A model generated the notes under the pieces. The model had not been told where the DNA came from. It searched no databases and was given only the letters and a program-made list of their open reading frames with translations. This document shows positions 10,922-20,779 of a stretch of DNA of 64,000 bases, in pieces. Numbering within the stretch: the stretch's first letter is position 1; every line of letters starts with the position of its first letter. The DNA lies in assembly GCA_032718475.1 (NCBI GenBank), contig JAUCBJ010001783.1:5677-69676 (forward strand), given 5' to 3'. The translations under genes and the position numbers were made by a program. The DNA is from Nemertoderma westbladi (taxonomy: Eukaryota; Animalia; Xenacoelomorpha).

Positions 10922-13900
10922 CCCCCCTTCTAGCTGAGCATAGGTGACCTATGGCGCAGCTAAACTAAAGATAGTCTGGGGGGCGGATTGTCCGCATGGC
11001 TGCGCCGTTGTAGTAAAGGCAGAGGCTCAGGTGCGAATTGTACACGCTGCTCTGGCTGTGGCGCAGTGGTGGTGGTGGGGTCAGTTGAAACCTGGGTTGG
11101 CGGTGGTGGGGTGGGTTCCAGAGTTGGGGTGGGGTGGGGAGGTGTAGCTGGGTGTAGAAAGCGGTGGTTACGGCGGTACACACGCCCACTCGCTAGTTTA
11201 ACCTCATAATCTCTGTGGGGCCCAACCTGTATGATGGTGCCAGTACGATCCCAACGCTTAGTGTTGGGGTCATGCTGTAGAACTGTGGTTCCCAGGTAGA
11301 GATGGGGAAGGCCACGGGTGTACTGGTCATGGGTTGCCCATTCAGTTGCCTTAACATCTGAGCGACGGTCAGCCACCTCGGTGATAGTACACCACTGGGG
11401 GGCGTAAGTGGTGTGATGTGCCGGTACGAGGGAGCATAAGGGGGCGCCGAATACAATCTGCGCAGGGGACAGTCCTGTGGAGTTCGGAGTGTTCCGCCAT
11501 TCCAAGAGGCCCTGGTTGAATGCATCTATTAGGAATCCAGACTTCTTAACCAAGCTCTTAATCGCTTTGACTGCCGCCTCGGCGTGGCCATTGGAGGATG
11601 GGTTGTAGGGTGAGGAAGGTGAGAGGGAGACACCCCAACATTGGGCAAAGGTACAGAAGTCATGGGCATCAAATTGGGGTCCACCATCAGTGCGGAGTCG
11701 TATAGGTACTCCAGTTGCAGAGAATTCACGTGAGAGAGCCATGGTGACTGCAGACGCTGTGGGAGGGGACCTCCACTCCATGACACAGGGCCATCCAGAG
11801 AACCGGCAGGTGTAGATGAGGTAGCTAAGTCCACTAACATCAAATAGGTCTGCAGAGGTGTCCTTGAATGGTCTGCTTGGTTGGTCCTCCTGGAGATGTG
11901 GTTCGGGGGCTGGCTCAGGCGTGATTCCTGGCAGAGGTCACATGAGTCCACCATGTGATGGATGTCTTCACCAATATTAGGCCAGAAAACTGTGAGGCGC
12001 GCATGACGCTTTGTACGTTCAACCCCCTGGTGGGAGGCATGAAGTCGCTGGAGCACACCGGGGTGCATTCCCATGGGGACTACTAGTCTATTATCATAGA
12101 GGACAAGGCAGTGTCCCAGGAAAGTTTATCCTGCAGTTTCCTGCAGTCTACCAGGTGTGTGGATGATGATAGGGATGTGGCGATGGCAGAGACAGTGGCA
12201 TGGGAGTAGACTAAGACCAGTTCATCTGCCAAGTCCTCTGCAGTAGGGTCTGCGACTGGGGTGTGGGCGTGGCATCTGGGATACAATGGGATTTCCCAGC
12301 AGCCCATATGGTATGGAAGGAGTAGGCCATGGTGCGCTCCTTAAGGCATTGGAGGCGAGGGTTCTCCACCTCATCCAGTGTGTGGTGATCGAGGATGGAA
12401 ACGAGGGGCCATTGATTGGTGACTATTTCAAAGTCTGCCAGGCCAGAGAGGAATATATGGCACTTCCGGAGAGCCCAGGTGACTGCGAGCAGCTCCAGCT
12501 CAACCATGGCATACCACCCCTCTGTCTCTGAAATAAAGCGGGAACCACACTGAACTAGGTCTCACCTTGGTCCTGCAACAATACGTAACTGAGGCCATTA
12601 ACACGTGAGGCATCAGTCTGGATGAGGGTGGTAGGGAGGCAGGGTTTAAAGTTTGCCAGAATAGGGATGGATGTCAGGGCAGCTTTTTTTACAGCTGCGA
12701 ATGCCTTGTCGTGTATTTCCTCCCAGACAAATGAGTTTATTCTGCAGGAGGGGCCGGAGTGATGCAGCTGTCGGAGTAATAGAACGCGTGAATGTACCCA
12801 GTTGCTCAACCATGCCGAGGTATGACTGTAGATGGGTAATATTGTTTGGCCGTGGGAAAGAGGCAATTGCCGCGAGTTTAGCAGGGTCTGCCTCGATACT
12901 GGTGGCAGAAATGCAGAAACCAGCAAACTCCACGCGCTCCTGTGCAAAGGCAAACTTCCCTGGATGCAGTGTGATCCCTGACTCACAGCAGTGGAGGAGG
13001 ATATGGCGGATCAGGTCCACATGGGCAGATAGATTGGGTGAGAAAGCAAGGATATCATCGACAATCTTCCGGGTGTGTGGGACAGAGCCAAGAGCAAGGT
13101 CGCCCTGTAGGCAGTATACATCGCCTGTGGAGCAGAGTCCCATCGGACCAGGTACATGTTTAAAACGGCCCCAGGGGGTGGCGAATGTGGTCAAGTCTTG
13201 GGAGGCCTCCTCCAGTGGGAGCTGCCAGTAACCATCCACTGCATCAAGAGTGGAGAAAAACTGCATCCCACCTGGGATGTCAGAGACAGCATCCCATGGT
13301 GTATGAAGGGGGTAAATTGGCCAGCGGACAAACTTATTGAGTTTAGTTAGGTCTACAGTTATCCATACACCTTCATGTTTCTTTTGCACAACGACAAGAT
13401 GGTGGCACCATTCAGTAGGTTTTGTCACTGGTACAATAACACCATCGGCCAGCATCTTGTCCAGTTCTTCCTTTGCAGCTTCATGGTAGGCAAGGGGAAT
13501 GATCCGGGCCCCTCGGACTGAGAAGGGGGTGGTGCCATCGACCAAGTCAATAGACATTGGGGGCCCAACCTGGGGTCGGAGTGGGCCCTCCAGGTCAAAG
13601 ACGTCAGTGAACTCACTGAGGAGTTGTTTGCGTAGGCGCTCTACTGTGACTGGTGGTGTTGGAAGACAAGTCGGGTGAATGTCAGTGCATTTTATCTCCT
13701 GTGCAGCCAGGGGGGGGGGGGGGGCTCATTTAGCACCAGGGGTGGGGGCAGTGGCCCCATTGACTGTGCAGGTGTCTGAGAGTGCTGAATGGCCATATCA
13801 GTTGCCATGAGTGGCTGAGGGACTGCATCGTGGTACCTAAGTATCCCCAGTTCAGTGCACATTCTCCAGGAGAGAAGGATTCCATCATACTCCCGGCTGA

Positions 13901-15446
13901 TAATGAAGGATGTGGAGAGAGATAGCGGTTCTGGAAGGAAATAGTGAGAGGCAGGGAACCACCAATATGTAGTGAGAGACCATCGGCTGCTTCTACCTGC
14001 TGAGCCAACTCATGTAGTCTGCCTGGCTGTTCCCCAAACCGACCGACTAATGTTAAACCCATAATATTCACATCGGAACCAGTGTCTGGGAGAACCGGTA
14101 GTGTACAGCGCTCCAGAAATTGTGACAGAAACTAATGGGGCCGGTACTGGTCGTTCGGGGCATGTGCCATGTGATGTGGAGTCAGTGATCTGATGGGTTC
14201 GAAGAAGGCCGACTTTCCCACGAGTAGCAGCAGGAGCAGAGCTGCAACACATCTGCTGCACGTGACCACGGCACTGACAGTTTTGACAGGTAACCTCATA
14301 AGCGGGACAGCCGGACTGGGTTGTGTGAGGGGTGCCCCCAAAATTTCCACATTGCTGATCCACAGAGCGGTGACTGCCCTGGTGGCGGCCATTGTCACTG
14401 GGCAGTTCCCCGGAAGTTGCATGGTACACGGAGCTAGCTGGGCCACCAATGCGAACGTTTGCGTGTTCCCTCGAAGCTGCCTCCTTGGCCCGAGATATGT
14501 TGATAACTTCCGGGAGATCTGGGAACGGAGTACGAGCAGGAGTAGTTTCTGCTTCGTCTCTGCACAGAGCCAGCCAGCAACAAAGTTAACAGCAATTTGG
14601 TGGCTGCGGCAGTGGGTGCAAAGTTCTGCCCCCAAATCCTCCAAGGCGATCCGGTATTCATCGACAGTTTTCCCTGGCCGTTGGGATTGGTTAATGAAGT
14701 TGACATAGTCGAGGGCAAGGTTGGATTGACCCCGAAGATAAACCTGAAGGGCATCGAGGACAGTACCTGGGGCGAGTGTGGGGTCGCTGAGGTCCAGGGC
14801 ACAGTTTACTTCGACCGACCGAGCGAGGCGGGTTGTAAAAGTTCCTTTAAGAGCTGGCGTTTGCTCGTCCACAGGGTAGGAAGTCAGTCTGTACTGGCGG
14901 ACAAAGAATTCCCACTGACGCTGCCAGGTGCGGAACTGTGGGAGTCGGATATTGGTGTCCAGTCGCTGAAGTGCGCGTGTATTGATGACGCGTGGGGGAT
15001 GCCAGGGGTTGGGGGCGTGATCATCGGCTGTAGGCATGGTAGGTGGTGCCAGAGGAATAGCTGCGTGGGGAAGCAACGCCTCTATTAGGGCCGCAAGGTG
15101 CTCATCTGCACGGCGTGCATCCTCTCGGCGTTGTTCTTCGACAACTCGGCAGTATTCCTCTGTCTCGCGCCGATGTTGATCATTGGCAATCCGTTGGTGA
15201 TCGGTGAGCGCACGGAACAGTTCGTCGTATGACAGTTTGCGTGTGTGGTGCGTCTTGGGCGACACAGTAGCAGACACGTCGGACTCCGACAGCATGCCAT
15301 CCCAGTCATCCGTGGCTGGAAGTGTGGAGTCACGGGAGTGACCCATGAGAGTCACGTAAGTTTATAATAATTGCAACGCCATGTGATGATCCGATGTAGT
15401 ATCGTAAACAAGATGAATTGATATAAGCAAAGCAATATTGTTTATT
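10625..15446 (-). mobile_element. Decayed Ty3/Gypsy LTR retrotransposon (gag-PR-RT-RH-IN) with truncated 5' LTR
   Basis: Gag 14132-15355 with a knuckle C..C...GH....C at 14010-14429; RT 12646-13557 (STLDAVDGYWQ, IVDDIL); RNase H (TDAS, ELELLAV); integrase (H..HQG, TDGGPQF, SNGHAEAAVK). 3' LTR 10625-10921 is TGT..ACA with PPT AGAAGGGGGG. The 5' LTR is reduced to 15382-15446 and is followed by PBS TGGCGTTGCA. Many frameshifts. Confidence 0.92.
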
Positions 15447-16468
15447 CGAAATTCGCGAAGAATGACAAAAAAAGTTATGAAAAAAACTAATGACGAAAAA
15501 GTAATGACTAATGACAAATAAAGTAATGTTACCATGACATTAATAACAATATTGCATTTAAATAGATAATTTCAAATACTATCTAGTTTTTGCTCAATTT
15601 TTTTTAAATAAATGTTATAGAACGGTTAGCTATTAATTTTGAAAATTATTTTTGTTCTAGAACACATTTTTTATTTTTTATACTAGCTAGATTTTTCTAC
15701 CTTTTTTTTATAAAAGTTATAGGTTTAAGGCTAAACAGACGTCGGGAATCGAAAGAATGGTGTGAATTATAATATTTATAAAAAAGGGACGAAAATTTTT
15801 TTTTTTAATAAATCGCTACTCCATTATAATTTATCTTTTTGCGCCAAAACTACCTGTAAAATGTAGCAAATTAACTCTGCTATCTATTTTCTTAACATTT
15901 ATGATGATAATTACAGAATTTTCAGGGTCGAAAAAATATTGCATTGCATAACTTTGGCCCTTTTTTTCATTTTTTTTTGGGGCCAAAAATGACCCCCTCT
16001 CAAAAGATAGAGAAAAAAATTACGGCAAAGAATATACCAATTTTATTGAATTTGGACCATCGGAACCGAATTTAGAGCGATTTTAGTGAAAAAATAAAAA
16101 AATGTTTTTGCAAAAAAATAAGAATGGTCAATTCACAAAATTTTATAATTAGCACAATACGGTACAATGAAAGGTCATGAAATATTTAGAATACTGTAAA
16201 AGTTATTACATTGTTAGGCCTACCTACTGCAGTAATATTCAAACCTTAAATATCAGAGTATTAATAGTAATAATAGTATTATATTATGATAATTATTATG
16301 TTAATATAATAAATTTAATGTAAAAAAAATTATATAAGTTCTAGTTAAAGCAAAAGTAAAATAAAAGTAAAAATGTGATAAAAATTAATTAATTAATTAT
16401 AATAAAATGCCATTGAGATAGAATCATAATGTCATCACAGAAGATAGCCCAGCCCCCCTTTACCCTAC

Positions 16469-17708
16469 TGTTCGTGCTTTCAGACCTTTAGCAGTTTAAC
16501 CTGCCAAATTTGGATGTCTTCTAGATAATAAATCGACTTTAGCCTATGACGAGTATTTGATACACTACATTAGCCGAAGCCAGTCTATGCGCGACCATTC
16601 ACCCGCTGGATATACCCGGGAGACTGGATTCGGAAGCCTAACCTTATTGCGGTGTAGGCCTACTGTATTATTCGACTGATCGTAATATATAATCTCTGAC
16701 AAATATTATTCACTTTCGGGAAATATTAACAGTTCCTTTAGGACGTGGCGCTCTAAATATGTAAACAGAGTTATGACTTAAACTAGACACAACGGGATGG
16801 CTATGGATTCACGTATATAGCGCATTCTTTAGGAGATGCTTTGTTATCAGTCACAATCATACACACTACTGCACAATGCTGCACACCGATCTGCCGACCT
16901 TCACTAATTTTAGTCACATATAAAGAGAACAACAACCGATACATGTAGTGCCTATGAAATAGCATTAGATTCACTTCAAAACCACTTTAATGTAAGTCGC
17001 AATCGTTATATGTAACCGGTCTCTCTTACCTTCAGTATATCAAGAAGATTGAGGGTTTTGTAATTATTTATCGATATTCCAAATATAATAATATTCCATC
17101 AACTGATATAATGAATAACCGACAGTAAATAGCACTAAAAATGTTAAGGTATAAATTGTTATGATATGTTATGGTATGATTAGTAAGTAAGATAACAGAT
17201 ATACGTTCTATAATTAAGCCTACTAATGTTGGGCTAAAGCCTGAAAACACAGAGATTCCAAAGCCGGTCTTCTAGGCTCGGAAAAAACCAACACAACTGA
17301 TCCCTCTGGGCTGTTGTAGGTATCTTTCAACACAAAGAGAAACAGCTCTCATTGGCCGAGTTCCAGATTCTGTAGGTTCCACGAATGTCTAAATGCCGAA
17401 CTATTCGGGTTTTTGCAGCCCATATTCAACACAAGGCGAAATCGCTCTGATTGGTGGATCATTGTTCTGATTGGTTGATCGAACAGAACAAAGAGCCTAT
17501 AGGCGTACAGCAAATCGGTTGGTAGATTGCGTCATTTGAGTTAGGTAGTTTAGAGTATTTGAGCGCATTGTGGGAAAACTGGCTTTTTATGTCCGCTAAA
17601 GCACACATGCAGACACAGCGGATAAATCTCTAGTTATGTCCTCTAAAAACACCTTACACAGTACATTGCGGAGAAAAGGGCCAGTTATATCCCGCAAAAG
17701 CTTTTACA
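16469..17708 (-). repeat. 3' LTR of the BEL/Pao-derived element
   Basis: Direct repeat of 27837-29076; about 8 substitutions counted by eye in 1240 bp. Confidence 0.95.
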
Positions 17709-17786
17709 CCGCTCCCAGAAAATGGGATTTAATTCTATAAAATATAAAAAATCACAGTTTCTAAAATATAAAAATACTCTAAACAG

Positions 17787-19146
17787 CTAGTCTTTCTTGC
17801 GCGGACGGCGTTTACGCAGTTTTTTGAGGCTAGCAAGAGTCCTTTTCTCTTTGGGGGGAGCCGCTTTACTAGGAGGGCTGTAACTCCTGGGTGAAGGGTG
17901 CAATACAATTGCATCAGAAGGTTTAGGGTTACGGTCGATGTCTCGTCCATTTCGATATGCTTCTCCTCGAGCTGATTTTCCTCCGCTTATCGTTGGATGC
18001 GTTCGTCCAAAACTCTTGCAGAGAATAGGGTCGTCCAAGTTCGATATCTTCTTAGAGATTCTGAATTTCCTGATCGAACTGAGATAAAATTAATTTGTTT
18101 ACCGCTTGGACTTGCTGCTGCAATTTACGTTTCTCTAAACAATTGTAGGTTCATTTTCCGATCTTTTGACAAATAGTGTCCAACGCGTTTCGTACAACTC
18201 TTTCCTCCGCCTCGGTGACAGGTTGTATCGGGTTAAACAGGGACGATGATACGGTTGAATGGCAATATTAGCTGTCCGCGTCCCAATCCGACTAAGTAAG
18301 ATGGATGAATATTTAGGGAGTCCACAACCGGAGTGCTACCGACTAACTGTTCGGGTAACACTAGATCTTTGAACAGTGAGTACAGTTCGGGAGGATCCGT
18401 GATACTATTAGGATCAAGAGTCTGAGGTCTAACTAGGGAATGAGGAGGTCTGACCGAGTATTCCGGAACTCTGATCATAGGTTTATTTAAGGATCGTTTG
18501 AATCGAGCGAGCGTAGGTGATACATCGAACAAGTTTCGCTCGAAACTCCCATAAATATAGCGAGTAAAACCGTGTTTAAAGCAACGTCTCCGCTGATGTT
18601 TATGTCTTTCCGTTTGTTGGTTGGGTCTTGGGCATTCATCGCAATAATACCAAAGACGCACGTCTTGTAGGGGAAACGCGGGTGATATTTATTCGGTGTT
18701 ACAACGTTTCTCTCAAGAATTCCAAATATACGTTAGAGTTACTACGTTTATCCGGTTCTTTAACGTCTTCTCTTTCGAGTCGATTTCGAATAGAATTTTC
18801 ACATTCGATTTTCAGTTTATCGTTCCGACTCCGCTGGGTAGGATACTCAAAACAGTACCATTTCCCTTTCGGTGTTGACATCGTCCGTATCGTGTAAATC
18901 GATAGAATGACTAGTAGTTAAGAAGTCCATATACATACCATTACAATGCGTATAGCGAGCGGTGAATTTTCTATAGTCCAATTCACGCGTAAGTTGCTCC
19001 TGGGACATTGGCGGTTCGATATAACGACCATCGTCCTCCGTAGTAGTTGGACCAGCGTCGCCGCGTATCAAGCTATCAACAAACGCTTGTAAAGGTAGAG
19101 TATATCGCTCCCTGATACCAAGATCATCTTCTATCAACTCAGTCAT
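17787..19146 (-). pseudogene. Decayed accessory ORF of unknown function in the 3' (env-like) position of the LTR element
   Basis: A chain of co-oriented ORF pieces (18847-19146, 18699-18881, 18233-18661, 17787-18038) with protein-like sequence between them, broken by stops. The last piece ends in a basic tract KKLRKRRPRKKD. Confidence 0.45.
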
Positions 19147-20779
19147 ATCTGCTATATGAGTTTATCAATATTATAATGAGTTTATATTTAGGCTAGCGGG
19201 CGTCGCTGCCTACCCCTCTCGGCCCCCGGACAGCGCAAGATCCTCAGCGCTGGTGTACTTTCGCCGATGTGCCTATCGCCAACGTCGTAGCTGCACAACG
19301 ACCACAACAACCAGCGCGAGTCACTCTACCGTCCGTCCCAAAGGCTTAGATTTACTTCAGGTTCTTACTGGAGAGTTAGGGCTACTTTCACAATTGCGAC
19401 TCGCTACTGTAAACACACTTTAGTAGTAACATTCACCTATAAACGCACAAATTCCACGCAATTGTCACAAATTGTACACATTCGGGCCATTTGTACGTTA
19501 GTCAGTGCCTTCCAGAATGCCACGTTATTATTGGGTATCCTGGGATACTAGCAGTGTGCTATTTATTCCTTATGCTATTCAATGGGCAAGCTTTATTGTT
19601 CTTTTAACTCACTTCTAATTCTAGCGTGGTTGTTGCCATGGTGACATTATGGAAAGCTAGCGGTAGAATTAGGGTAATTCTCATGCATACAGATCTGGGA
19701 TGCTATTTAATAGTAATTCTTTAATTGTCAATATTTCTCTTTATACATGATTTTATGAATTTTATCGGCTATTGACTATATATTGGAGATTCTCGCACAC
19801 TAATATACTTAATAGGGTGAATCTCCGCTCCCATGATCTATTAATTTATGGAATTTTGGGAATGTTATAAATTGTATAAAAATGACAATTTATCAAATTC
19901 ATTAAAATATGAATTTAAATTTATTCCCGTAAATTTTATTATTTAATATTAAATAGACACAATTTTATTCTTGAACATGTCTGGGGACTAGGATCCTTGA
20001 TTCTAGGAAATTGGTCTTTTTAAGAATATCGGTAAGTGCTACGATATCTTAATAGACTATAATTTTAAAGGATCTAAAATTTGACAGATTTTGTAAATAT
20101 TAATAATTAATATTTAGGATGGGCACCAGTTTATTCCAGAACTTGTCTGGGGACGTTAACCACTGATTCTAGAATTTTGTCTTTCAAGTATATCGGTGGG
20201 TGCCGCGATATCTTAATCGACTAGAATTGCAGATGGTCAAAGGGTTTAACAGATTTATTTGCGTTGTACGCTACTGTTAAAGGGACATCATGCTACTATA
20301 TGTATTATTTAATATACTGTATGAGAGCAATATCGCACGAAGCAATGTCAGTGAGAAGAGGCAAGTCGTTTCCAAGGTCTACCCAGAGCTTGGTTTAGCC
20401 GAGACACGAGGATCTGAACTTTGCATTCCTAATACTCTACTTACCAATAATACTTGAATATAGTAGGAGCTTTATTGTACTTTAATAAGTACGGATATTT
20501 CATCTTACTGTAGTTACATATTTGTAATGTAATACGGACAGTAAGGAAAGAGAAAATAATTATTTCTCGCCGTCGCACTAAATATATAATATATAAGTAA
20601 TTAAATAATAAACGCGAATATATATTGCACTAATCTACTAAATAATCACTAAAATAACATTCTACTAAATAAAATTAAAGAAAACGATTATAATAAAATT
20701 ACATAATAATACATACATAAATATAAAATAATAAAAACAAATATAAAATAATATAGTCACACACCCACTCCAGACGATG

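Noticed and set aside
19235-19270. CTGAGGA and CGAAA on the minus strand resembling a hammerhead core
   Set aside because: I could not build stems I-III or a cleavage triplet in the required arrangement.
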